DNA of 64,000 nucleotides, taken from an uncultured delta proteobacterium. GTDB lineage: Bacteria > Desulfobacterota > Binatia > Binatales > Binataceae. Shown piece after piece: positions 11,558-22,193 of the stretch. Below the pieces are notes generated by a model, which ran no database searches, was not told the DNA's origin, and saw nothing but the letters and a program-made list of their open reading frames with translations. Position 1 is the first letter of the stretch, and each line of letters opens with the position of its first letter. The DNA is taken from positions 2,689,638 to 2,753,637 of the forward strand of contig CAVURG010000006.1 of the NCBI GenBank assembly GCA_963743865.1. Reading direction: 5' to 3'. The position numbers were made by a program, and so were the translations under genes.

Positions 11558-12226
11558 TCAGTCGAAAAATCTGTAATACAGGATTGCGCAGACCGCGGTC
11601 AGCGCGTCGCGAATGCCGATCTTCTTGCCCTCTTCGTAGGTCCGTCCCGCGTACGACACCGGCACCTCGTAGATTCGCCATCGCGCGCGCGCCGCTTTGG
11701 CGGTGATCTCCGGCTCGAAGGTGAAGCGATTGGCGCTGAGCTTGAGCGTCATCAATTTCTCGCGCACGAACGCCTTCATCCCGGTCTCCATGTCGGTCAG
11801 ATTGAGATCGCTTACCATGTCGGAGAGCAGCGTCACCGCGCGGTTGGCCACGTAATGCCAGAAGAACATGACGCGATGCGGCCCGGAGAGGAAGCGCGAG
11901 CCGTAAACCATGTCGGCACGGCCGTCGAGCAGCGGGCCAATCATTGCGGCGTAGTCCCTGGGATCGTATTCGAGGTCGGCGTCCTGCACGAAGACGTAAG
12001 GATTTTTCGCCGCCGCAAAGCCGAGCCGGAGCGCGGCGCCTTTGCCGCGATTGACGGTGTGATAGAAACATTGAACGCGCGGATGGCTGAACTCGCGCAG
12101 AAACTCGGTAGTGCCGTCGGTCGAAGCGTCATCGACGACGATGACCTCGGGATCGAAGCCGCAATCCAGCACGCGCTCGATTACGCGGCCGATCGTCGTG
12201 ACTTCGTTGTACACCGGAATCACCAC
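11558..12226 (-). CDS. GT2 polyprenyl-phosphate glycosyltransferase (DPM1-like)
   Basis: VIPVYNE...VVDDASTDGT...DADLEYDP motifs; GTG start. Confidence 0.75.
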   Translation of the reverse strand: MVIPVYNEVTTIGRVIERVLDCGFDPEVIVVDDASTDGTTEFLREFSHPRVQCFYHTVNRGKGAALRLGFAAAKNPYVFVQDADLEYDPRDYAAMIGPLLDGRADMVYGSRFLSGPHRVMFFWHYVANRAVTLLSDMVSDLNLTDMETGMKAFVREKLMTLKLSANRFTFEPEITAKAARARWRIYEVPVSYAGRTYEEGKKIGIRDALTAVCAILYYRFFD

Positions 12227-13118
12227 GGAAATTTTGGTCCGCTCGGTCCATCAGCTTCCGCTCGCCTCCCGATGCGGCGCCACGGACGCCGATGCGCGGA
12301 CGGCGGCGGCGCGCCTTGCGCTCGTGCCGAATTCTGGCCGCGAGCATCGCGGCAACGCGGCGGCGTTGCGCGCGCCGGCGTCGCGCGGAAAACGCGGCGG
12401 CGTAGCCGCACCACACGCGCATCCGATCCGTATTGGTGACGCCGCCGAGCTCGAGCTGCCCGAGCTGAACGAGATTGCGCATCCGCGGCCGCTCGAAGCG
12501 GCTCAGAATCGTGCGCCGGGTGCGTTCATGATCGATGAAAACGAATTGCGGCGGCTCAAGTCCGGTGACGAAGATGTTGAACGGCGTCAGGTCGCCGTGG
12601 ATATATCCAGCGCGATGCAATCGCGCGACCTGCGCGCCGAGCGCGCGCAACACGACGCGCCTGGACGCGAGCTTCGCGCGCTTCAAATAGCGCGCAAGAT
12701 TAGACCCGGCGACGCGCGCGGTTACTATGATCTCGCGCCCGCCGCGGCGCTCGGCGCCGAGCAGCAGAATTTCCGGGACTCCGACGCCGTCGGCGCGCAG
12801 ATGCTCCGATATCGACGCAACGTGCGCGGCGCGCATCCGCTTGAATAACCACCTGATTCGATTCAGGCCACGGATCGGGTCGAGCACTTTGAAATAGGCG
12901 TTCGGACCCCCGACCTGATCGAAATTCTCGAACCATGTCTCGGCATGACGCGAGCGGCGTACGCGAGTCGCCAAGGCGCCGTCGATGGCGGCGAATGCGG
13001 AATCGATCAGGCTCTCGCGAAACGCCTCTGAAAATCGCGCGGCGTAGCCCGGGATGAAGAAGGTCCATCCGCCGCGCGTCAACGGCGCCCCGTCAAAGCC
13101 CGTCATTCGCCAGGTCAT
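12129..13118 (-). CDS. Kdo/WaaP-family LPS core kinase
   Basis: YIHGDLTPFNIFV and VFIDHER motifs. The Arg-rich tail overlapping the GT2 start may be a frame overrun. Confidence 0.55.
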   Translation of the reverse strand: MTWRMTGFDGAPLTRGGWTFFIPGYAARFSEAFRESLIDSAFAAIDGALATRVRRSRHAETWFENFDQVGGPNAYFKVLDPIRGLNRIRWLFKRMRAAHVASISEHLRADGVGVPEILLLGAERRGGREIIVTARVAGSNLARYLKRAKLASRRVVLRALGAQVARLHRAGYIHGDLTPFNIFVTGLEPPQFVFIDHERTRRTILSRFERPRMRNLVQLGQLELGGVTNTDRMRVWCGYAAAFSARRRRAQRRRVAAMLAARIRHERKARRRRPRIGVRGAASGGERKLMDRADQNFRGDSGVQRSHDDRPRNRARAGLRLRSRGHRRR

Positions 13119-14189
13119 CCGGCCGCTCCACGCATCGCGAGCGCGCGCCTCAGGTTGGCAGTGACTTCTTCGGGGGATATTCGCCGCATGCATTCGCGCC
13201 CGACGGGGCATTGACGAAGATAGCAGGGATGACACGGGATCGCGCCGCTGATTGCGAGCTCGGCGAAACCCCACGGCGCGGAGCGCTCGGCGGCGGTAGC
13301 GCCCCACAGCGATACGACCGGGCATCCCACCGCGGCCGCGATATGCATCGGGCCGGAGTCGGGTCCGAACGCGGCGGCGCATTGGGGAAAGATCGCGATC
13401 AGATCGCGCAGCGAGGTGCGTCCGGCCAGATTGAGCGCGGGGACGCCGTCGAGATGGCGCATGACCTCGGCCGGCGAGTTGGGTTTCGCCGGGACCGCCG
13501 AGCAACACGGGAAATCAGCCAGGGCTGCCGGCTCCGGGGCGCGCGAGCGTCCGAATTACCGCGGCGGTCGATTCAGGAAAGTAGATGCGGCTTGGCCACG
13601 ACGAGCCAAGGATCACGGCCAGGATCGGACGCGGCGCATCGCGCAGCATCTCCAACGCGCGGGCGCGTTCCGCGTCCGTCGCGGCGAGTCCGAATTCGAT
13701 CGGCGACTCCGCAATGCCGAGCGCGTCGCCGAACGCCTGGTATTGCAGGAGCTTCAGGCGCATGTTCGGCTGCGGCGCGATCCAATGATTCGAAAAGAGA
13801 TGGTTGAACTCCTTGGTGTTCGGCTTGGCGAAACCAAAACGAACCGCGGCGCCCGAGATTCGCGACGTGATGCCGCTTTTGAGATGACGCTGAAGGTCTA
13901 TCGCCAGATCGAAATGCCCCTTGCGAATTCGCCGCAGGAACCCAATGAACGTCAACGGCGCGTGCGTGCGATCGTACACGATCGCTTCGTCGAGCCATCG
14001 ATGGTGGTCGAGTACCCCGCTGGACTTGGGTTCCACCGCCCACGCGATGTGCGCGTCGGGCCATGCATTGCGGATGCGGCCGAGCAAAGGAAGCGCGCGC
14101 ACCACGTCGCCGATCGCGCCGAGCAGCACTATCAGCACCCGACGCGGGGGCGGCGCGATTTGCGTAGCGATGGCTTCAGGAGAGGACAT
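13115..14189 (-). CDS. GT9 ADP-heptose:LPS heptosyltransferase, frameshifted near 13470-13515
   Basis: N-terminus RVLIVLLGAIGDVV (13515..14189). C-terminus DSGPMHIAAAVGCPVVSLWG (13115..13462). Confidence 0.75.
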
Positions 14190-14204
14190 TTTGAGAAAGC
14201 TTGA

Positions 14205-14441
14205 TTATATGTGAAACCCACCGTGGGTTTGCAGGGGTGACCCCTGCACCCAGTGTTAAGGCCGCGCTCCGTTGTCGCGCGCGGCCCCTGCCAACGGCTT
14301 AATACTGCGCTGCCGTCGCCACGGCCAGGGGTGACCCCTGCACCCGGTAACGAATCGAAAAATCCGCGCGGCGCGTCTTTTTCTCTCGGGCGTAATACTG
14401 GCCAGCCGTGCGCCTAGTGAAAAGTGAGAAGAGAAGACGCG
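14205..14441. repeat. composite palindromic intergenic repeat, copy 2
   Basis: Modules: GTGAAACCCACCGTGGGTTT hairpin; CAGGGGTGACCCCTGCACCC twice; 14264-14297 is the exact reverse complement of 6129-6162; CGAAAAATCCGCGCGGCGCGTCTTTTTCTC; GTGAAAAGTGAAAAGAGAAGACGCG. Confidence 0.75.
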
Positions 14442-15657
<1,216 letters not shown>

Positions 15658-15680
15658 GGCTTGTATCGGGTCGTGTGCTT

Positions 15681-16181
15681 TCAGCGCGAGGAGCGAATCG
15701 GATTCACGACCGGGTCGATCTCCGGGACGATCGGTTGGCGTTTGTTGTAGTGGTAGTCCTTGCGCAGCGGATGACCCTCGAACGAATCGTACATCAGGAT
15801 GCGGCGCAGATCGGGATGGCCCTTGAAGACGATTCCGAACATGTCGAAGCATTCGCGCTCGAGCCAGTCGGCGGCGCCCCACACGCCAACGACGCTGTGG
15901 ACCCAGGGATCGGCGGCGTCCACGCCAATCTTGACGCGGATGCGATGGGCGAGGTTGAGCGAGTTCAGTTGATAGACGACATCGAAGCGCGGTTTGCGCT
16001 CGGGCCAATCGACGGCGGTCACGTCGGTCAGGAAATTGAAATCGAAGTCAGGCTCGTCGCGCAGCGCGCGGAAGAAATCATACGCGTGTTCGCGATCGAT
16101 GGTGAAAGTTTCCTCGTCGCGTGCGTTTTGCGCGTCGAGAATTTCCCCGCCAAAGCGTGCTTTCAGTTTTTCAATCAGCAT
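15681..16181 (-). CDS. nuoC: NADH-quinone oxidoreductase subunit C
   Basis: 166 aa with the typical NuoC/30-kDa-subunit motif ERECFDMFGIVFKGHPDLRRIL. Confidence 0.85.
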   Translation of the reverse strand: MLIEKLKARFGGEILDAQNARDEETFTIDREHAYDFFRALRDEPDFDFNFLTDVTAVDWPERKPRFDVVYQLNSLNLAHRIRVKIGVDAADPWVHSVVGVWGAADWLERECFDMFGIVFKGHPDLRRILMYDSFEGHPLRKDYHYNKRQPIVPEIDPVVNPIRSSR

Positions 16182-16190
16182 CGATCGCAG

Positions 16191-16547
16191 CTAGTCCCAA
16201 TCAAGCGCGCCGCGCTGCCAGGCGTAGAGCAGGCCGACGCAGAGAATCGCGATGAAGATCAGCGCCTCGACGAAGCCGAACATCCCCAGATAGCGCAGCT
16301 CGACCGCCCACGGATACAGAAAAATCACCTCGACGTCGAAGATCAGAAACAGGATCGCCGTCAGGTAAAAGCGCACCGAGAACCGCCCCCACGCCGAACC
16401 GCTCGGCGGGTTGCCGCATTCGAAAGCCTCGCTCTTGACCGCAGCACCGGCACGCTTGGGGCCGATCAGCATGTTGATCGTGCACATGACGCCGACGATC
16501 ACGCCGGCGACAAACAGGGTCACAGCCACGGGATACCAGGTTGTCAT
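16191..16547 (-). CDS. nuoA: NADH-quinone oxidoreductase subunit A
   Basis: 118 aa, three TM helices, FDVEVIFLYPWA motif. Confidence 0.85.
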   Translation of the reverse strand: MTTWYPVAVTLFVAGVIVGVMCTINMLIGPKRAGAAVKSEAFECGNPPSGSAWGRFSVRFYLTAILFLIFDVEVIFLYPWAVELRYLGMFGFVEALIFIAILCVGLLYAWQRGALDWD

Positions 16548-16706
16548 TCTCGAACCGCCTACAAGCGCTTCTTATTTTGATATCAATACCTGATGAGCGG
16601 GTGTTTTGGAACGACCGCCGATTTTTTTAGCAGGGGCGGCCGCCGTCGGCAAGCGCTACTGGGGCCATTAGACCCCCCCCCAACCCGTTTGTTATCATTA
16701 GCGCTA

Positions 16707-16735
16707 TTGACGACTCCCAGCCGCAAGGCTAATTA
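16707..16735 (+). promoter_or_regulatory. candidate sigma70 promoter: TTGACG, 17 bp spacer, TAATTA
   Basis: Lies in the AT-richer divergent intergenic region between nuoA and the DUF1329 gene. The same TTGAC(G/T)-N17-TAATTA pattern is seen upstream of fmdB. Confidence 0.25.
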
Positions 16736-16819
16736 CACGTAGCACATAGTAATGTTAGCAGATTGTTGCAGGTCCAAATTCCAAACGTCGGCAACCACTT
16801 GCCGAAAGAGGGAGTCAAC

Positions 16820-18143
16820 ATGAAGCGCGCAATCGGATGGGGAGCCTGGTGCGGCGGAGTTCTGACTGCTTTGATGCTTTTGGTCGGGATTACCAACGCG
16901 CCGGCATCGGCTCAGGTAAAGCCCGGGGATGTCATCACCCCGGAAAACGCATCCAAGGTCAAAGACCTGCTCCCACCAGGCGACGTACGCACGCGTCCTG
17001 CACGGTATGGAGATGAAGATCGAGCCAACCGAGCGCATAGACTGGCCTCCGCCCTACAGCGACGCGACCGAAAAGTACTCGAGCCAGACCAGGCTGACTC
17101 CCGACCATCGCAGCCTGATCGGCTACGTCGCGGGTGAGCCGTTTCCTATCATCGATGCGAACGATCCGCAGGCGGCCGAGAAGGTGATGTGGGACGAAGT
17201 CTTCCGGCCAATATCTACGGACGACTACGATCTGCGCTGGTTCGATTGCGACAGCGTGTACTGGGGCTACAACAAGCCGTACTTCTCGATCAATGACATC
17301 GAGATCGGCCACTATGCGGGCTACAACGAAGTCGGACGGACCGAGGTGCAACCGCTGCCGATCGATCCGGATTTCAATGTGACTGGACGCTTTTACGAGG
17401 CGCTGCTCTATCCGGTTCTATCCCCGGCTACCGGTCGCGGCACCGGGATCCTCAAGTTCCGCTACGCCGCTCCCATGAGGGATGACGACACTTGGACTTG
17501 GGAGCCCGGTACGCGCCGGCTGCGGCGTCTGAGCTACACGCTGAGCGACTCCGCGACAGGCACACAGGCCTACGATCCAAACCATTACGAGGGCTGGAGC
17601 GGCAAGCCCGAGGACTACGACTTCAAGTTCCTCGGCGAAAAGACGATGCTCGCCGCCATCGACATTCACCGCAGCCCCGATCCGCGCTGCCCAACCGACG
17701 GCGGCGCAAGCCACTGCCCGGACGCGTGGCAACTCAGGCGGCTGTACATGATTGAGGCCAAGGCACGGCCGGGACGGTACGCCAGCCCCCTTTACAGCCG
17801 CGAAATTATCTACATCGACACGGAGGCCGACTTCCCGATGTTCGTGGATCTGTATGACAACCGCGGCCAGTTGTTCAATAACTACACCTCGTGGATGAAC
17901 TATGCCGATCGGGCGCGCGCCGACTCGCGCATAGCGATTTACCCCTTCAAGCGCGAGTTCCAGGTCGGCTCCTCGACGGTCGACCTGCAAGGTGGGTTTT
18001 CCACCGTTTGCTACCATCCGTCGCTGAGCGCTCCGTCAGCCGAGAGCTGGTTCATCAACATGGGCGCCGTGGATCGCGAGTGGTTCACCCCCGAGGCGAT
18101 GGCGCGCGCGGCCGAGGGCGGACACGGGATAGCAGGCGACTGA
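16820..18143 (+). CDS. DUF1329-like secreted protein (LolA-like fold family), frameshifted near 16985
   Basis: Signal peptide MKRAIGWGAWCGGVLTALMLLVGITNAPASA in ORF 16763..17137. The remainder is in ORF 16929..18143. Family assignment rests on size, signal peptide and the Y/W-rich beta-type sequence. Confidence 0.45.
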
Positions 18144-18192
18144 TGGCCGGCATGATCGAGTGAAGAAAGTCGCGCGACTGATTGAGAAATAA

Positions 18193-18228
18193 ACCGGCGC
18201 GGCCACCAACGGCCGCGCCGGTTTTTCG
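18193..18228 (+). terminator. Rho-independent terminator
   Basis: Perfect 11-bp stem CCGGCGCGGCC / GGCCGCGCCGG with loop ACCAAC, followed by TTTTT, 50 nt after the stop of the DUF1329 gene. Confidence 0.8.
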
Positions 18229-18300
18229 TCTTTTGCTTTTCACCCTCACTGGCGTTCCTCAGACTCGCGCAACCGCAATTCCGCCGCTAGAATCCATCAC

Positions 18301-19380
18301 GTGCAACCCGACAACGCGTTCGAAATATGGGCGGCAAAGGCGGTCGCGCGGCGATGGCCGCGCACGCGCGTCGACAAGATCGCCGCTCTGCGCGGCGATC
18401 TCTCAACGCGCCGTTTCTGGCGCGTATCGATTGCGCAGCCCAAGGCAAGCATCGGCCCGCAGGGCGAAACCAGCGCGCCTCTTACCGCTATCCTCGTCGA
18501 TCTCGGCCCCGACGACTTCCCCCGCTACGTTGGCGTGTTGAATTTCCTGCCACGGCGCCGCGCCGAGCCGCCGTGGATCGACGTGCATCGCTCGCTTGAG
18601 TCGATCGGTGCTCCCGTTCCCGCACTCTACGATGCGGACCTCGCCCGGCGCGCGCTGCTGATAGAAGATGTCGGCGAACTTTCCCTGCTCGACGCCGTCC
18701 GCCGTCCCGGCGCCGACGCCGCGGACCTGTTCCGGCTCGCCGCCTCCGAGCTGATTCGCCTGCACGTTGACGGCACCGTTCAAATCGACCGCCGATGCGT
18801 CGCGCGGGAGATCGCTTACAGCGGCCGGCTGTTCGAATGGGAGATGAAGGAATTTGCGGAAGTTGGCCTCGCCGCCGTCGCACCGGGCGCCGACTTTTCA
18901 CCCATCGCACCCGAGCTGACGCGGCTGGCCGCGCGGCTCGATCGCTTCCCGCGTGTGTTCTCGCATCGCGACTACCACGGCCACAACCTGTTCATCCAGG
19001 ACGGTCCGCAAATTCGAATCATAGATTTCCAGGATGCGCTCATGGCGCCGGCCGCGCAGGACCTGGCCGTGCTGCTGACGACCCGCGACACCGATGAATT
19101 CATTACCCCGGCAATCGAGCGCCGCATTCTCGACTTCTACTGCGGGGGACTCGCGCGGCGCGGCGTCCCCATCACGCTCGACCCGGCGGAATTCATGAGC
19201 AGCTATCGGATGTGCGTTTTGCAACACGCGCTCAAGATGATCGGACGCTTCGAGATGTTCGAGCGCGGCGGCAAGAGCGGATACCGTCACTACATCTCGC
19301 ATGCGCTCGCACAGGCGCGCCGGATGCTTGCTCAGATGCGGGCAGAGTTTCCTGAACTTTGTGCGGCGCTCGGCGCTTAG
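18301..19380 (+). CDS. aminoglycoside-phosphotransferase-fold kinase, AmgK-like anomeric MurNAc/GlcNAc kinase candidate
   Basis: APH-family motifs HRDYHGHNLF and IIDFQDA. Immediately followed by a MurU-like nucleotidyltransferase, the amgK-murU arrangement. Confidence 0.55.
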   Translation: MQPDNAFEIWAAKAVARRWPRTRVDKIAALRGDLSTRRFWRVSIAQPKASIGPQGETSAPLTAILVDLGPDDFPRYVGVLNFLPRRRAEPPWIDVHRSLESIGAPVPALYDADLARRALLIEDVGELSLLDAVRRPGADAADLFRLAASELIRLHVDGTVQIDRRCVAREIAYSGRLFEWEMKEFAEVGLAAVAPGADFSPIAPELTRLAARLDRFPRVFSHRDYHGHNLFIQDGPQIRIIDFQDALMAPAAQDLAVLLTTRDTDEFITPAIERRILDFYCGGLARRGVPITLDPAEFMSSYRMCVLQHALKMIGRFEMFERGGKSGYRHYISHALAQARRMLAQMRAEFPELCAALGA

Positions 19381-19395
19381 CAGGGCGTCTATTCA

Positions 19396-20196
19396 ATGAA
19401 GGCATTGGTACTGGCAGCCGGGATGGGCGAGCGGCTTCGCCCGCTGACTGAGATGACGCCGAAGCCGATGCTTGATCTCGGCGGGCGGCCGTTGATCCAT
19501 TATCCGCTCGCGATGCTGCGCCACGGCGGCGTCACCGAGGTCGTAATCAACGTCCATCATCTGGCATCCGCCATTCGGCGCGGACTCGGGGACGGATCGG
19601 GGCTCGGACTGCGCATCACGTATGCGCCGGAGCCGGTTTTGCTCGGCACCGGCGGCCCGCTCAATGGCCTGCGGGAATTCCTGGGCGGCAACGAAAAAAT
19701 CGAAAGCGAAAATACTTTCGTAATCGCCAACAGCGACACGATCCTCGATCTCGATCTGCGCGCGATGCTCGCGTTCCATCGCGACCGCGCCGCACTCGCC
19801 ACCATCGCGCTGTTCCGGCCCGCCAATCTCGATTACTACAGCCGTCTCGAAATCGACGCCAGCCAAAAACTCCGCCGGATGCGCCTGCTTGCGCGCCGCG
19901 ACCCGCTTCAATACGACGATTACCCGGCCGGCCTGGATGACAAGCTTGCCGGATCGCTCTCGCCGTTCATGTATTGCGGCGTGATCGTCGCGGATCAGGC
20001 GGTATTTGACCTGATGCCGCCGGCGCCGCCCTGGAGCCTGATGGCCGGCCTGTTCGCGCCGATGGTCGCAAACGCAATGCCGGTGTTCGGCTATGTCCAT
20101 CGCGGCTACTTCCGCACGATCGACGATCTCAAGAGTTACGACGCGCTCAAAGCGGAGTTCGTGTCCTCGCCCCCACCGGGAATTCTAGCCGGCTGA
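19396..20196 (+). CDS. sugar-1-phosphate nucleotidyltransferase, MurU-like
   Basis: N-terminal LVLAAGMGERLRPLT nucleotide-binding motif; about 266 aa. Confidence 0.6.
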   Translation: MKALVLAAGMGERLRPLTEMTPKPMLDLGGRPLIHYPLAMLRHGGVTEVVINVHHLASAIRRGLGDGSGLGLRITYAPEPVLLGTGGPLNGLREFLGGNEKIESENTFVIANSDTILDLDLRAMLAFHRDRAALATIALFRPANLDYYSRLEIDASQKLRRMRLLARRDPLQYDDYPAGLDDKLAGSLSPFMYCGVIVADQAVFDLMPPAPPWSLMAGLFAPMVANAMPVFGYVHRGYFRTIDDLKSYDALKAEFVSSPPPGILAG

Positions 20197-20199
20197 ACT

Positions 20200-20934
20200 T
20201 CACCAACCGAGCGCCTCGCGGATTTCAGCGCCTGCCGCCCCGCAACTCGTGTCGATCGTTCGCGAGACTCCGAGCCGTTTGATTCCGATGACACCGGCGA
20301 GCAGCAATAGCAGGTTGAGCACGTTAACCATCCAGAACACGATCATCGCGACCCGGTAAGTCACCGCCAATCCGTCCCGCACCAGCATCGCCGCCAGATA
20401 AGCGCCGAGCGGCGAGCCGACTGCGCCCGACAAATGCAGCGCGATTCGCGCCCACCGCGGCTGCGCAATGTAGCTGCCGTACTCCATCTTGAAGCGCGGC
20501 TCGCCATGCGCCAGGTAAGCGTAATCATAGCCCACGCCCAACGTGGTTCCTGTCACTACTTTGACCAACGGTTGAAGAGCCGTCACCCACAGCGCCACGG
20601 CGGCGATCGCCGCGAGGTTCGACGACGCGTAAACCCCAAGCGCCAGAAGAAAATCGCCGAGCCCGACAGCCGCTATCTCGATTATCACTCCGGTTTGCGC
20701 CTTGATGGTCTTTCGTTCGCGGCGCAGATGAAGCTTGCGGCTGACGCGGCTAGCGTCTGTCGAGATCGCGCGACGGTCCGCCCGCGACGCGGCGCGCACC
20801 CGAGTTAGCAGTCGCGCCCACGGACCGGGGCGATACGCACCGGCGTCGATCGCGCGCTCGATCTCGGCAATTTCCGCGCGCAGCTCTGCCGGGTTCGCGA
20901 TGGCAGGACCGGTTTGCAAGCTTCCCTTCGTCAT
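20200..20934 (-). CDS. hypothetical integral membrane protein
   Basis: C-terminal half with four or more hydrophobic helices and no recognisable motif. Converges on the murU-like gene with a 3-nt gap. Confidence 0.4.
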   Translation of the reverse strand: MTKGSLQTGPAIANPAELRAEIAEIERAIDAGAYRPGPWARLLTRVRAASRADRRAISTDASRVSRKLHLRRERKTIKAQTGVIIEIAAVGLGDFLLALGVYASSNLAAIAAVALWVTALQPLVKVVTGTTLGVGYDYAYLAHGEPRFKMEYGSYIAQPRWARIALHLSGAVGSPLGAYLAAMLVRDGLAVTYRVAMIVFWMVNVLNLLLLLAGVIGIKRLGVSRTIDTSCGAAGAEIREALGW

Positions 20935-20984
20935 TGGTGCAATGGATCACCACCCGACAAGCGCGGCAATGGCCCCTGCTCCTG

Positions 20985-22193
20985 CTAGATCAGCACCTTC
21001 GCTTCCTTGAGTCGCGCGATTTCCGCGGTGCTGTAACCAAGCAGCTCGGTCAGAACTTCAGCGGTATGCTCGCCGATCATCGGCGCGCCGCGATATTCGA
21101 GATCGATCGCGCTGAAATTCACCGGAAGTCCCGGCACCACGCGCTCGCCGACTTCGGAATGCTTCAACTTCACCAGCATCCTCGAGCGGGAGAAGGCAGC
21201 ATCCTCCATCAATTCGGGAGTGCTATAGACCGGTCCCGCGGCGAGACCGCACGCGCGAAGTTTCGCGACCAGTTCATCGCGCGGATGGACGCGCGTGCGC
21301 GCCGCGATTTCGCGCTCGAGCTCCTCGACGTTCGCGAGGCGGCCGAACAGTCGCTTGAACTTCGGATCGGACGCCATCGAAGGCGCTCCGAGCGCCTCGC
21401 ACAGCTTGGCGAACTCGTCGTCGGCGGCGATCGCAATCGCGATCCATTGGTCGTCGCCTGCCGCCGGGAACACGCCATGCGGCGCCATCGACTCGTCGCG
21501 ATTCCCAATCGCGGCCTGGTCGCGCCCGTTCATCAGAAAATCCATCATCGCTTCGGGCATCATGGTCGTAACCATCTCGGCCATCGACAGGTCGAGGTAC
21601 TGCCCCTCGCCGGTTTGATCGCGATAGTGCAGTGCCGCGAGCAGAAAGAACACCATGGCGGTGCCCACCGCGAAGTCCGGCCAGGTTCCTCCGATCCCGC
21701 ACGGAAACGAATCGGGATAGCCCGTGATATGGCACAGCCCGGCAAAGGCCTGCGCCGTCGGCCCAAAGCCGACACTACCGGCGAGCGGACCGTCCTGGCC
21801 GAGCGGAGTGCCGCTCAGCATGATTATGTCGGGTTTGATTTTAACCAGATCGTCGTAGGCGAGATTGTATTTCGCCATGTTGCCGACGGTAAAATTTTCG
21901 GTGACGAAATCGCTCTGCCGGATAATCCTGCGCGCGATTTCCTGCGCCTCGGGCATCGCAAGATTCAGCGCGATGCTGCGGCGCGAGGAATTGATCGCGT
22001 GGAAAATTCCACTGCGGTTGGCGCCAATCGATCCGTCGGTGCCGGTCAGAAATCGCACCAGGTCCGGCGCGCCCGAGGTCTCGATCCTGATTACGTCGGC
22101 GCCCAGCGCGCCCAGCCATGCGGTCGCGTGCGGAACTGAGTAGATCCACCCGAAATCCGCGATCCGGATCCCTTCCAGCGGCCGGGTTCCCAT
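20985..22193 (-). CDS. CoA-transferase family III (CaiB/BaiF) protein
   Basis: GIRIADFGWIYSVPHAT N-terminal motif; ATGA overlap with the upstream paralog. Confidence 0.75.
   Translation of the reverse strand: MGTRPLEGIRIADFGWIYSVPHATAWLGALGADVIRIETSGAPDLVRFLTGTDGSIGANRSGIFHAINSSRRSIALNLAMPEAQEIARRIIRQSDFVTENFTVGNMAKYNLAYDDLVKIKPDIIMLSGTPLGQDGPLAGSVGFGPTAQAFAGLCHITGYPDSFPCGIGGTWPDFAVGTAMVFFLLAALHYRDQTGEGQYLDLSMAEMVTTMMPEAMMDFLMNGRDQAAIGNRDESMAPHGVFPAAGDDQWIAIAIAADDEFAKLCEALGAPSMASDPKFKRLFGRLANVEELEREIAARTRVHPRDELVAKLRACGLAAGPVYSTPELMEDAAFSRSRMLVKLKHSEVGERVVPGLPVNFSAIDLEYRGAPMIGEHTAEVLTELLGYSTAEIARLKEAKVLI

Noticed and set aside
11207-12439. 410-aa plus-strand ORF opposite the GT4 and GT2 genes
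   Set aside because: Antisense to glycosyltransferases with clear motifs; composition artefact of a high-GC third position.
16600-16690. Possible sixth copy of the intergenic repeat near the C8 homopolymer (AGCAGGGGCGGCCGCCGTCGGCAAGCGCTACTGG)
   Set aside because: Shares only short G-rich hairpin-like strings and lacks the diagnostic modules (GTGAAACCC hairpin, TTAATACTG, CGAAAAATCC).
20934-22139. 401-aa plus-strand ORF opposite the CoA-transferase genes
   Set aside because: Antisense to a conserved family III CoA-transferase; no motifs.
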